Shown piece by piece: positions 1 to 9,225 of a DNA stretch of 64,000 nucleotides. The notes beneath the pieces were generated by a model. That model was not told the origin of the DNA, did no database searches, and saw nothing but the letters and a program-made list of their open reading frames with translations. The stretch lies in the NCBI GenBank assembly GCA_964503955.1, contig CAZDCG010000001.1:382864-446863 (forward strand), read 5' to 3'. The DNA is from an uncultured Gammaproteobacteria bacterium. GTDB taxonomy: Bacteria > Patescibacteriota > Patescibacteriia > VMEV01 > CAYQCH01. Numbering within the stretch: position 1 is the stretch's first letter; each line of letters begins with the position of its first letter. The position numbers and the translations under genes are program-made.

Positions 1-515
1 ACCCGAGCAAGGACGTTGACGGATTTCATCCGCAAACCATGCGTGATTTTCTCAGCGGGAAAAATGATTTCATTCCGGGACTTTCCGAAGGTATTGTTCG
101 TCTCATTGAAAGTACGAATGAGCCTCTGCAGAACAAGCAGGCCGTGATCATCGCCAATAGTGAAATCTTCTCTCAGCCTCTGACCAAGCTTCTCAGCGAC
201 CGAGGCGTGAAAACGTCCGTCGTCGCTCCCGATGACAAACAACTTGCGCAAACAAGCGTGGCAGCCGATATTCTCATCACCGCGGTCGGCCGGCCGGAAT
301 TTATCGACGCGTCCATGATCAAAGAAGGGTCCATTGTCATTGACGTTGGCACGACGCGCGAAGATGAACGCGTGGTCGGCGACGTTGATTTTGCTTCCGT
401 TAAAAAGAAGGCCGGCTATGTCACCCCTGTGCCGGGAGGTGTGGGACCTGTCACCGTTGCCATGCTGCTTGAAAATACCGTGGAACTTGCCAAACGGCAA
501 AAAAACAAACTATGA
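1..515 (+). CDS. folD: Bifunctional methylenetetrahydrofolate dehydrogenase/cyclohydrolase FolD, 5'-truncated at the window edge
   Basis: The frame-3 translation from nt 3 reads PSKDVDGFHPQTM, matching the FolD DVDGFHP motif. The ORF continues through a C-terminal NAD(P)-binding Rossmann region (VVIIANSEIFSQPL...GGVGPVTVAMLLENT) to the stop at 515. Confidence 0.8.
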   Translation, partial: PSKDVDGFHPQTMRDFLSGKNDFIPGLSEGIVRLIESTNEPLQNKQAVIIANSEIFSQPLTKLLSDRGVKTSVVAPDDKQLAQTSVAADILITAVGRPEFIDASMIKEGSIVIDVGTTREDERVVGDVDFASVKKKAGYVTPVPGGVGPVTVAMLLENTVELAKRQKNKL

Positions 516-1168
516 AAAAATATATCACCGCCGCCGTGGTCCTTGGACTTATCTTCGTGGCGACCTGGCTTTTGCAATCATCCTTTTCACGTGTTGAGGA
601 AGAGCGTATTGAGCAACAGTCTGCAGCTTCGATGATCGACGCTTCCCTGCTATCAACCGAAGGGCTTGAAACTGCCACCCACCGCGCTGAACGCTATAAA
701 ACGCTCACTGAGAAACTCACTCAATTATTCCCGGTCATTGCTGAATGTCCCAATGCGGACGATCCGTTTTTTGAATGGTCCGCCATGTTCGAGGTGCATC
801 AGCTCACCGGCGGGCGCCTTCTTTCTGTCACTTGTTTTATGGGAGCCTATCAGGGGCCGTCCATTTGGTTCGCGCTCGGCGCTGAAGAAAACGGCTCCGT
901 CCCGGTTAAACTCCTTTCATTTGAAACACGGACGGCTCAAGGAGAGAGAAACCAAACCTTGATGCCCGTTGGCGCGTACTATGACGATACGACAGGCAAG
1001 ATTATGGTTTTTGACCGAGGGCGCGCGATTGGCGACTGCGGCACATTCGCGCAATATGCGTTTGACGAATCAACGCAAACACTTGTGCTTGAACGATTTC
1101 AGCTGAAAGCGGACTGCGACGGACAATTCATTCCGCCGGCTGAATGGGGCGTGCTTTATCAGCGATAA
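512..1168 (+). CDS. Hypothetical N-terminally anchored/secreted Cys-containing protein
   Basis: Its start overlaps the folD stop (ATGA). It has an N-terminal hydrophobic helix (AAVVLGLIFVATWLL) and four Cys. No recognisable catalytic motif. Confidence 0.5.
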   Translation: MKKYITAAVVLGLIFVATWLLQSSFSRVEEERIEQQSAASMIDASLLSTEGLETATHRAERYKTLTEKLTQLFPVIAECPNADDPFFEWSAMFEVHQLTGGRLLSVTCFMGAYQGPSIWFALGAEENGSVPVKLLSFETRTAQGERNQTLMPVGAYYDDTTGKIMVFDRGRAIGDCGTFAQYAFDESTQTLVLERFQLKADCDGQFIPPAEWGVLYQR

Positions 1169-1220
1169 TGTTTTTAAAAATGATGAAGCCCGCCTGTTGC
1201 CAAGCGGGCCTGCGCGCTGA

Positions 1221-2114
1221 TCAGGCTCTGAAGGGCCTGGCGATCAGCAGCGTCTTTTCATCCGTATGGTCGCCCATGGTTCGGATGATGTACTCGCGGA
1301 TCTCATCTTCGCTTCCAACGCAGATGAGCTCGCGGAAAATACGGTCGTTGAGAACAAAGGGCATGGCGCCGTCGCTGTAGAGCACGAGCGCGTCGCCCGC
1401 TTTCAGCTTCTCAATGCCGGTTCGGACATAATTCATGGCCGAAGGCTCGCCGGTGAGAACGCCAAAACCTCCCGGCTGCCCGTCGTTTCGGTTGCGGAAG
1501 TCGCGCCGCACGCGAATGAACCGCTGTTGCAGGCCGACTTGGCCGACGGATGGGAAATACGGCCGCGCGGGCGTTACCTCGTCAGGCGTATGCCAGAGAA
1601 GCTCCGCTTCCGGCGAGATCCTGGCCACGCCGCAGTCTCCAATGAAGCCGTAAACGAAACGGTCTCCATCGATCATGGCGGCGCTGGCCACGGTGCCCGC
1701 GTAATCACCCTCAAGGTAATCACCGCGGCCAAGTCCGAGCTCGCTGTTGAGCGCGGCAATCGCACGGTTCGCCTTCTCAAATGCCTGCCGGATTACCTCC
1801 TGCGAGGGCGATGCCTTCGCAAGCAGCTCTGCGGCGACGTGCACAGCCATGTCCGCGGCCATGCGAGCCGGCGAAGGATGCGGGTACTCCTGGTTGCCAG
1901 ACACAAACCTTGTCACTCCGTCAGCAACCACCATCACGAGCCCCTCCTGAAGGCTCGCGTCTTCGCTCTGTTTCTTTGGTCCCGTTACCGGATCCCAGGC
2001 CAATGACAAGAATTCCACGTTCTTCTGACCTCGTACCCCCCAGAAGAGGTTTGCGATCCATGCTTTGAGCATAGGCAAGGCAGCTTTGATGATTTCATCA
2101 GAGCGCCTGGCCAT
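1221..2114 (-). CDS. PP2C-family (SpoIIE-like) serine/threonine protein phosphatase
   Basis: PP2C metal-binding motifs are present (VMVVADGVTR, GDCGVARI, VLYSDGA). Confidence 0.7.
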   Translation of the reverse strand: MARRSDEIIKAALPMLKAWIANLFWGVRGQKNVEFLSLAWDPVTGPKKQSEDASLQEGLVMVVADGVTRFVSGNQEYPHPSPARMAADMAVHVAAELLAKASPSQEVIRQAFEKANRAIAALNSELGLGRGDYLEGDYAGTVASAAMIDGDRFVYGFIGDCGVARISPEAELLWHTPDEVTPARPYFPSVGQVGLQQRFIRVRRDFRNRNDGQPGGFGVLTGEPSAMNYVRTGIEKLKAGDALVLYSDGAMPFVLNDRIFRELICVGSEDEIREYIIRTMGDHTDEKTLLIARPFRA

Positions 2115-2129
2115 GGCAGACTCAATGTC

Positions 2130-2522
2130 TCACGCTCTGCGTACGGGCCGGCGCATCGGCCGAAGCGTCAGCTCAACAATGGATCCGGGAGTCACCCTGG
2201 AACGCATCATTTTCGTGCAGACGCTTGGGTGGACCACCAGGAAGGCGCCATGCGGAAGCCTTCTTAGGAATGGCCCGATGTTTGCCGGATCGAATCCCTC
2301 GGCGCAAAGAGCCTCCACGTACTCAGGCTCCCTGCGTTCATGCAAAAGGCATCGGTGAATGATCACCAGAGCCGGACCTGTCGCATCATGCGCCAGGAAC
2401 GGCAATCCGTTTGCCTCGACCATCCTGCCCAGCCGCTGAGAAAGCGACGCAAGCAGAGGATCATTCTGCGCCGAGAACCTAAGCTCCGGCGCGTAGGCAA
2501 TAAGATAAACCGATTTCTCCAT
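2130..2522 (-). CDS. Hypothetical protein (about 130 aa)
   Basis: The ORF reaches 2612, but the internal ATG at 2522 (MEKSVYLIAY) follows GGAAG. No family assignable. Confidence 0.4.
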   Translation of the reverse strand: MEKSVYLIAYAPELRFSAQNDPLLASLSQRLGRMVEANGLPFLAHDATGPALVIIHRCLLHERREPEYVEALCAEGFDPANIGPFLRRLPHGAFLVVHPSVCTKMMRSRVTPGSIVELTLRPMRRPVRRA

Positions 2523-2697
2523 GCTTCCCCCTGAAACGACAAAGATCCGCTCCCAACCAGAGCGAACCTTCCAATACATGCAAACTATGGCAAAAAACCT
2601 GTTTTGCGTCAAACCTCACTGAAAAATTTCCATGCGGCAATTGCGTCTGGAAAATACAAAAGAACCTCGGTGCAAGGTTCTTTTGTCAGAGTTTAGG

Positions 2698-3459
2698 TTA
2701 GGCTTGAACGAAGAGCTGTTCCCAGCCTTCTTTGCTGCCGTTCATCCTGATCTCAAAATTATCTGAATAGAGTTTGATCGTCTCTTCAATTTGCGCTTTG
2801 ACTTGCTCTGCTTCGCAATTATCCGCAAATGCCGGCTCGCCGACAAAGTCAATGATGCGGACACCTTCTTCATAGTGCACGTTTTCAAGGGTAATGCCAT
2901 GCGAAATCACAGAATTGACCAGTCCCTCATCCTGATAGGCAGCCTTCTTTGTCACAAGAAGCTGCACGATAGCGGTTGCCAAATCGCTTTGCGATTTCTC
3001 AAGTTCGACGGTAACCGGAACGAGAAGCGCGTCGCATGACAAGGAAAAGACTGCATCTTTTCCTTCGTATTCCCCTGCTTTGCCGACAAGAAAAAAGGCA
3101 ATGGAATCCTCATCAACTTCTGCTTCAAAGTCTTGCAGACGTTTTACGCCTGTTTTTGACTCCTCTTCATTTTGTTCATGATCTTCTTCACGGACAGTGT
3201 CCTGCTTCTCCTCTTCTCCGGCGCGGCCCATTCCATCCTGGGCATTGTCCGTTTCTTTTTCCTCTCTATCCTCATCATTATTCTTCTCCTCCTCTTCTTT
3301 CACGTTGGCAGGCGGGGCTTCTTTGCGCGGCGGTGTCTTTGTTTCGACAGCAGGTTGCTTCTCCTCATCGGGAACAACCGGAGGCTGGTAGCGGCATGAT
3401 GCTCCCATTAGAGCGAGAACAGAGAGCAGCGCGATTCCCAAAAACGAACGTTTTTTCAT
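2698..3459 (-). CDS. Lipoprotein with an acidic low-complexity linker and a C-terminal globular domain
   Basis: Signal peptide with a lipobox-like LMGASC. A roughly 100-aa E/D/K-rich linker follows. The C-terminal domain is possibly GerMN-like, which is uncertain. Confidence 0.6.
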   Translation of the reverse strand: MKKRSFLGIALLSVLALMGASCRYQPPVVPDEEKQPAVETKTPPRKEAPPANVKEEEEKNNDEDREEKETDNAQDGMGRAGEEEKQDTVREEDHEQNEEESKTGVKRLQDFEAEVDEDSIAFFLVGKAGEYEGKDAVFSLSCDALLVPVTVELEKSQSDLATAIVQLLVTKKAAYQDEGLVNSVISHGITLENVHYEEGVRIIDFVGEPAFADNCEAEQVKAQIEETIKLYSDNFEIRMNGSKEGWEQLFVQA

Positions 3460-3606
3460 ACAAAAAATTGGTCAATGCTGATGAAAATGTAACAAATCCC
3501 CCTCCCATCGACAAGAAACGGCTGTGGCTGCAAAAGCTTACTTCAGTTGACAAAACAGGGGAAAAAACCTATGGTTTGGTGCCATTTCCAGGAAAGGAAC
3601 CGTATC

Positions 3607-3993
3607 GTGGCAAAAACGCCTCAAGAGCAGGCGCTCGCACAGATCGAAGAGATGGCTGCCAAGCTCACCCTTGGGTATGAGCTGATCAAAACCAGGTCAC
3701 GCTTTCACCCGCTCGTCATCCAGCAATTCAGCCGTATCCAGCAGGGAACGGACAGAATCACTTCGCTTGTGCGCCAAATCCATCGTGGAAAGAAACTGGA
3801 TCGCGAAGCGCTGCTTGATCTTTGTTTCAACGAGCAGCGGCAGATGAAAGCCTGCCTCGATGCCATGGAAGTGTTCATCCGCATGAAGGGTGAAGCATTT
3901 GTCTTCCCCGCATCGCTTTACTGGAAGTGGTTTGAGGGAGTCTCCCTGTTCTTCCAGCGCTTTTACTCCTTTGTCGAGACGCTCGATTGCTAA
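3607..3993 (+). CDS. Hypothetical protein
   Basis: The ORF runs 3547-3993. The best start is GTG at 3607, preceded by GGAAAGGAA with a 7-nt spacer. Confidence 0.35.
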   Translation: MAKTPQEQALAQIEEMAAKLTLGYELIKTRSRFHPLVIQQFSRIQQGTDRITSLVRQIHRGKKLDREALLDLCFNEQRQMKACLDAMEVFIRMKGEAFVFPASLYWKWFEGVSLFFQRFYSFVETLDC

Positions 3994-3997
3994 GGAG

Positions 3998-4040
3998 CCG
4001 CAGCCCCTTGTGCCGTCCGGCGCGAGGGGCTGTAAAATAA
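3998..4040 (+). terminator. Putative rho-independent terminator
   Basis: GC hairpin cagcccct-N16-aggggctg followed by a weak U-run. Confidence 0.4.
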
Positions 4041-4170
4041 CCGCTGAAACTTGCCGTTCGTTCATGAGCCTGCTAACGTGTTCGCAACACATCTGTTTAT
4101 TATTGTTTGATACGTTCGGCCAATTTTGCATGTTCGGCAACGTTTGGCTCGTTTGGTAATGTTTAATACT

Positions 4171-5253
4171 ATGTCCTTCTCCATCGGAATTGTCGGTCTT
4201 CCCAATGTAGGCAAATCAACAACCTTTAAAGCGCTTACCCGCAAACAGGTCGACGCAAGCAATTATCCGTTTTGCACGATCGATCCCAATGTCGGCGTGG
4301 TAAAAGTTCCGGACGCGCGCATTGACCAGCTCGCGTCTGTTTATCCGTCGGAAAAAATCCTTCCGACAACGATTGAATTCGTTGATATTGCCGGACTTGT
4401 CAAAGGCGCTTCGCAAGGTGAGGGGCTTGGCAATAAGTTTCTTGAAAATATCCGCGGGGTTGATGCCATCGCGCAGGTTGTCCGCACGTTTGATGATGGG
4501 AATATAATCCATGTTGCCGGGAAAGTGGATCCGGAAAGCGATATCAATACCATCAACCTCGAATTGATCCTCGCGGATCTTTCCCTGGTGGAAAAACGAC
4601 TGAAAAACGCTCAAAGCGCGGCCAAAAACCCCAATGACAAAGAGGCAAAAAAAGAGGCGGAAGCATTTGCCAAACTGTTTGAAGCACTCAATAACAATCA
4701 GTTCGCCTCAACGGTCAGCCTGAATGAAGACGAAACGGAAATCGTGAAATCACTCCGCCTGCTCACCATGAAGCCGATGCTTTATCTGCTGAATGTGGAT
4801 GAAAACGAACTCACAAAGGAAATCACCCGGCCAGCCTGGCTGGCTCAGGACGCGGTTATTGTCCGCATCTGCGCAAAGATCGAATCGGAATTAGCAGAAC
4901 TTTCTCCTGAAGATGCCAAAAGCATGCTTGAGGATTTAGGAATGCGTGAATCGGGTCTTGATCAGCTTATCAAAGCCAGCTACCAGCTGCTCAACCTTGA
5001 AACATTCTTTACCTGCGGCCCCAAAGAAACACGCGCGTGGACAATGGAAAAAGGAACCAAAGCACCTCAAGCGGCAGGAAAGATTCACACCGATTTTGAA
5101 AAAGGCTTCATCCGCGCCGAGGTGATCAACTGGAAAGACTTTGTGGAATACAAAGGCGAATCCGGCGCGCGCGATGCCGGTAAACTCCGCACGGAAGGAA
5201 AAGAATATGTGATGCAAGACGGAGATGTTTGTCACTTCTTGTTTAATGTTTAA
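4171..5253 (+). CDS. ychF: Ribosome-binding ATPase YchF (Obg-like ATPase)
   Basis: P-loop [13 protein letters not shown]-domain motifs and a C-terminal TGS domain. The true start is the ATG at 4171 (MSFSIGIVG), downstream of the 4126 ORF start. Confidence 0.9.
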   Translation: MSFSIGIVGLPNVGKSTTFKALTRKQVDASNYPFCTIDPNVGVVKVPDARIDQLASVYPSEKILPTTIEFVDIAGLVKGASQGEGLGNKFLENIRGVDAIAQVVRTFDDGNIIHVAGKVDPESDINTINLELILADLSLVEKRLKNAQSAAKNPNDKEAKKEAEAFAKLFEALNNNQFASTVSLNEDETEIVKSLRLLTMKPMLYLLNVDENELTKEITRPAWLAQDAVIVRICAKIESELAELSPEDAKSMLEDLGMRESGLDQLIKASYQLLNLETFFTCGPKETRAWTMEKGTKAPQAAGKIHTDFEKGFIRAEVINWKDFVEYKGESGARDAGKLRTEGKEYVMQDGDVCHFLFNV

Positions 5254-5425
5254 AGGGTTAACGTGTTCACGGGTTAACGAGTTAACGGGTTGATGCGTTG
5301 AGAGTGCAATGTCATCCCGACCTAGCGCAGCAGTCGGAAGAATCTCCTCCTTTCCGGGTACAAGAGCTGTCATCTGTGTGTCTGAACCGTCTGTGATGTC
5401 TGTGCGTCTTAGCGTCTGTGAATCT

Positions 5426-5476
5426 AAAAAGCCGGGAGATATCCCGACTTTTTTGATTCAACTTTCCCGGCTTTTT
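5426..5476. terminator. Bidirectional rho-independent terminator between convergent ychF and the Nudix gene
   Basis: aaaaagccggga...tcccggcttttt is a 12-bp perfect inverted repeat flanked by A-run and T-run. Confidence 0.55.
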
Positions 5477-5478
5477 CA

Positions 5479-5958
5479 TCACATCTTCCCAAACTCCTTA
5501 AATACTTTCTTCAGCACATCGATTTCATCGTCAAACATCACCATCTCGCCGGAGTAATCCATTCCCTTTTCCTGCTTCACTTTGGAATACGGCTTGATGC
5601 TCTTCACTTCATCTTCCCCGACAAGGATAAACTCTGAAACCTCCTGCGTCGGCCTAAGTGTTTCAAGCAGGACATCAGGCATAATGGCGGCATGGTAGAA
5701 GGTATGTTCCCTGGTTGTATCCCCAACCTGCGCTTCGCCAAGATCAATGATATTGGTCAGCCGGTGATAGTCTCCTTTGAGCTCTTCCTGGAATTCCCGC
5801 TTCATGGCCAGTTGTGAAATTTCCCCCGGCTCGATCTGCCCATGCACGCTTGCCTGAAGCAGTCCAGGTTTTTTTTCGAGTCTGCCACGTCGAGAAAGGA
5901 CAACCTTTTTCGCCTCAGGAAGATAGAGGAACAACGTAATGGTTTTGCGATCAGCCAT
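5479..5958 (-). CDS. Nudix hydrolase
   Basis: Nudix box GQIEPGE-x7-REFQEELKG, one residue off the canonical GX5EX7REUXEEXGU. Confidence 0.6.
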   Translation of the reverse strand: MADRKTITLFLYLPEAKKVVLSRRGRLEKKPGLLQASVHGQIEPGEISQLAMKREFQEELKGDYHRLTNIIDLGEAQVGDTTREHTFYHAAIMPDVLLETLRPTQEVSEFILVGEDEVKSIKPYSKVKQEKGMDYSGEMVMFDDEIDVLKKVFKEFGKM

Positions 5959-6033
5959 ATTCGGATTGTTAACGTGTTAACAGGTTAACGCATGAACGCA
6001 TGAATACGCTAACACGCTAACGAGAGTATTATA

Positions 6034-7236
6034 TCATTTTTTCCTTAAAACGAGGATCTCACGTCCCACATGCTGGTTTGCTCGCTTATAATCCACCCCG
6101 CCGCGTTCGCTTGAACTCACGTCTTTTGGCAAGGAAACAACTTCCCACTGCCGCTTCATTGAGCGGGGAATCGGCACGCGTTTTGTTCCAATAAAAGGGA
6201 AAATCATGACAAGCACGCCGTCATTTTTCAATACCCGGTGCATGGCAAGCAGTGCTTTGTCGTACAGGTCAGAAAGCGCATCCTGCCGTTCATTCACTTC
6301 TCCAGGTTGCAGCTTTTTGCGAATGGGTGTTCCAAGATACGGTTCTGTCACAATCAGATCGACGAATGCTTCAGGCAGCCACTCATCCACTTCCATCACA
6401 TCAACCTGTTCAATGGTGGATTGAAATTCATGCCCGCGCTCGCCTCGCAGCCAGTCGAGGTTGCGCCGTGTATCATCGATGGCTTTGTCTGACAAATCGC
6501 TGCCAAGAACTTTTCCCGCACCAAGCAAAACCGCTTCCTGCAGAACCGTCCCCGATCCGCAGAACGGATCAAGCAAAACGGTTTGTTTGCTGATGGGTTT
6601 TCCGGAAAGGTTGATCATCATGCGCGCGAGTTTGGGAGGCAGCATGCCCGAACGGTCGTCTCGGAATGGACGGGCAAAATCACGGTCGGAAAAAGCTTGA
6701 AAATCCTGCACGCCAAGCGTTTTTCCAATCCAGATATGCTCACTCGCCAGCCCGAGCAGAAGCTCAACTCCTTGGCCTGTCAGCAGCTTGTTCTTTTTCA
6801 CCACGACAGACGAAAGCTGCTCCTCTTTGCTTTCCACAACGCGAACAGAGGCACCCTGTTCCTTCAATGATGCGCGGATACCGAATAATCGCTTGCGCAC
6901 GTCCTCCTGGAATAATCCCAGCTGCTTGCCTGAAACCTTGTCGTCAGCTTTGTAAACGCTTGCTCCAAAATAGAATTTTTCTTTGCCGGCGGGCTTTACG
7001 AGTTTTTGCATATGCTTGTCCAGGTCAGATGCGGTTATCTCACGCACGGCGGCGACTTTGATACTTCCGCCAAGCAGGGGGAATAGTTCCGCCAGATCGC
7101 GCTCTGACGCAAAGACCGCCAGATCAGATGAGCGGTCGACTAAATCGGCTTTGATTTCAAATGCGGAAAAAACTCGCAGAATTTCGGCTAGAGACAGCTT
7201 ATCTTCACGGCCGAGAATGAAGGCGAAATGAGACAT
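6034..7236 (-). CDS. THUMP-domain RNA (guanine-N2)-methyltransferase-like protein
   Basis: SAM motif I LDPFCGSGT and motif IV-like TEPYLG. The N-terminal half has a THUMP-like fold. Resembles the Trm11/RlmL class. Confidence 0.65.
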   Translation of the reverse strand: MSHFAFILGREDKLSLAEILRVFSAFEIKADLVDRSSDLAVFASERDLAELFPLLGGSIKVAAVREITASDLDKHMQKLVKPAGKEKFYFGASVYKADDKVSGKQLGLFQEDVRKRLFGIRASLKEQGASVRVVESKEEQLSSVVVKKNKLLTGQGVELLLGLASEHIWIGKTLGVQDFQAFSDRDFARPFRDDRSGMLPPKLARMMINLSGKPISKQTVLLDPFCGSGTVLQEAVLLGAGKVLGSDLSDKAIDDTRRNLDWLRGERGHEFQSTIEQVDVMEVDEWLPEAFVDLIVTEPYLGTPIRKKLQPGEVNERQDALSDLYDKALLAMHRVLKNDGVLVMIFPFIGTKRVPIPRSMKRQWEVVSLPKDVSSSERGGVDYKRANQHVGREILVLRKK

Positions 7237-7618
7237 GTGGCCAACGAAAAAAGAATAATAGCTTCATACTGCCCTAAAATACGATTCCTTGCCAATTTCC
7301 GCTATTTCTGTTAATGTTGAGCAACCGTAAAGGCCCATTTTGCCGCCATTTACGGAGCTATTTACAACATTTATTTCGCTATTCTTCGCCGAAGGCCGTC
7401 CTGCCGGAAGACTAACTAGACGAAACTAGATTAGCCAGACGGGAGATCGAGTCGCTGCATCGAGCCCAAGGTTTTGAAGATTCGGTGCCATGCAAGGAAG
7501 ATTCGAGGATCGAACCGAGGCGTACGAAAAGGTACGCTGAGGAAGAACCGCAGAATCTGACAAAGCAGGGTGCCGAAGATACAAAACCGCTTAGATGCAG
7601 GTGGAATAGACATGCTTT

Positions 7619-8263
7619 ATGGCAACTGCCACAGCAACCGCTCAAGCGGAAGACACAAAAGACGCGCGCGTGCGACGCTATGAATTGCTCGCTATCGTGC
7701 CGAACAAATATACCGAGGATGAAATTCCTCAGATGCAAAAGACCATTGGCGCGCTCGTTGAAAAAGTCGGAGGGGAAACCGTAAAGGAAATCAATTACGG
7801 CAAACGGCGCCTTGCCTATCCGATCAAACACAATCACTACGGATACTACCTGCTCAGCCATTTTGATCTCACCTCCGGCCAGGTAAAAGAACTCGACGCG
7901 TACCTGCGCGTGCAGGATGAAATCATCCGTTATCTGATCACCTTCGCCCTGCCGGAAGGATCCGTGCCAAAAGAAGCAGGCGACCTGCGGGCACAGGAAG
8001 AACCAAAGCGCGAAGAGAAAACGGAAGACAAACGCAGCGCGAAGAAACCTTCCATCACCGACGTACAGGCAACAGACGAAGAACGCAAGAAAATGGCCAA
8101 AGGAACCGCATTCGATCTTGAAAAAGAACTGGGCGTTACCGCGGAAGAGGCGAAAAAATCCCTTGAAGAAAGCGGGAAGGAAAAATCAAAGAAAGACGAA
8201 AGCGTTGATCTTGCAGGGTTGGATAGCAAGCTTGACGAGATCATGGGAGACCTTGAAAAATAG
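7619..8263 (+). CDS. rpsF: 30S ribosomal protein S6 with a long charged C-terminal extension
   Basis: The S6 core is RRYELLAIV...INYGKRRLAYPI. AGGTGGA sits 6 nt upstream of the ATG at 7619. About 110 aa of K/E-rich tail follow the core. Confidence 0.8.
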   Translation: MATATATAQAEDTKDARVRRYELLAIVPNKYTEDEIPQMQKTIGALVEKVGGETVKEINYGKRRLAYPIKHNHYGYYLLSHFDLTSGQVKELDAYLRVQDEIIRYLITFALPEGSVPKEAGDLRAQEEPKREEKTEDKRSAKKPSITDVQATDEERKKMAKGTAFDLEKELGVTAEEAKKSLEESGKEKSKKDESVDLAGLDSKLDEIMGDLEK

Positions 8264-8352
8264 ACGTTTCAGACTCACAGATCTTAAAGACATCACAGAC
8301 GCAAAGTCTGCGTGTCTGGCCAACCTGTGATGTCTGTGAGTCTGCTCACGAT
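8264..8352. repeat. Palindromic intergenic repeat (GTCTGTGAGTCT family) downstream of rpsF
   Basis: agactcacaga ... tctgtgagtct inverted repeat. The same family occurs at 5380-5425, 8808-8903, 34821-34905, 55590-55635 and 56588-56641. Confidence 0.6.
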
Positions 8353-8367
8353 TAAATCCAATTATCT

Positions 8368-8805
8368 ATGGATCTCAACAAAGTCATGATCATCGGCCGT
8401 CTTACCAAGGACCCTGAGGCAAAGACAACGCCAACGGGTGCCAGCGTCACCTCGTTCAGCGTCGCGACAAACTTCTCATGGAAGGACCAGGCAGGCAATA
8501 AACAGGACAAAACCGAATACCACAATGTGGTTGCCTGGAGAAAGCTCGCGGAAATCTGCGCGCAATACCTGCGAAAAGGTTCAAAAGTCTATATCGAAGG
8601 CCGGCTGCAGACCCGCTCCTGGGATGACCAGTCCGGCAATAAGCGCTACATGACGGAAATCATTGCCGACAATATGATCATGCTCGACAGCAAAGGCGCG
8701 GGAATGAGTTCTTCAACCCCGTTCCCGGCAGGCAATGCCGCTCCGGCAGTTCCTCCGGCTCCTCCTGCTGACGACGAGATCCGCATTGAAGATATTCCAT
8801 TCTAA
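8368..8805 (+). CDS. ssb: Single-stranded DNA-binding protein
   Basis: OB-fold SSB core (MIIGRLTKDPE...YHNVVAWRKLAE) with an acidic C-terminal tail DDEIRIEDIPF. Confidence 0.85.
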   Translation: MDLNKVMIIGRLTKDPEAKTTPTGASVTSFSVATNFSWKDQAGNKQDKTEYHNVVAWRKLAEICAQYLRKGSKVYIEGRLQTRSWDDQSGNKRYMTEIIADNMIMLDSKGAGMSSSTPFPAGNAAPAVPPAPPADDEIRIEDIPF

Positions 8806-8904
8806 CATCAAGACTTTTCAGACCCACAGAATAGGCAGACAGCACAGACAAATACCACCGTCTGTATGCCTGAAAGATCTGTGGCGTCTGTGAGTCTCTC
8901 ACTT

Positions 8905-9144
8905 ATGCGTAAGAAACAACCTCAACAGCAGCAGCAAGCAAAGGAGAAATCCTGCTACTTCTGCGTAAACATGTACCACGAAATTGACTACAAAGACCCG
9001 CAGATGCTTCGACGCTTTATGTCGTCCTACGCCAAAATCGCACCGACGCGACGCAGCGGTCTCTGCTCAAAGCATCAGCGAAAGTTGAGCGTGGCAATTA
9101 AAAAGGCCCGCATCATGGCCATTGTTCCATTCACACGAAGATAA
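8905..9144 (+). CDS. rpsR: 30S ribosomal protein S18
   Basis: The protein starts MRKKQ...CYFC and continues through IDYKD and SGLCSKHQRKL. It is the third gene of the classic rpsF-ssb-rpsR order. Confidence 0.85.
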   Translation: MRKKQPQQQQQAKEKSCYFCVNMYHEIDYKDPQMLRRFMSSYAKIAPTRRSGLCSKHQRKLSVAIKKARIMAIVPFTRR

Positions 9145-9225
9145 AAAGGTCGTAGTGGGTAGTGTGTAGGAGGTAGGATTGGATCGCATTCCTGCCCACG
9201 CACTGCACACTACATCCTACCCACT

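Noticed and set aside
334-678. ORFs 334-597 (+) and 451-678 (-) overlapping the folD end
   Set aside because: They are out of frame with the well-supported folD and the downstream gene, and no motifs are present.
3172-3399. Short plus-strand ORFs 3172-3399 and 3197-3391
   Set aside because: They are antisense to the acidic low-complexity linker of the 2698-3459 lipoprotein, and their translations are low-complexity (poly-L/F/S).
7495-7530. tRNA-like T-arm motif (ggatcgaacc) that could be a minus-strand tRNA
   Set aside because: The flanking 5-nt segments (cgagg on both sides) are direct rather than inverted repeats, so no T-stem can form. No acceptor or anticodon arm can be built either.
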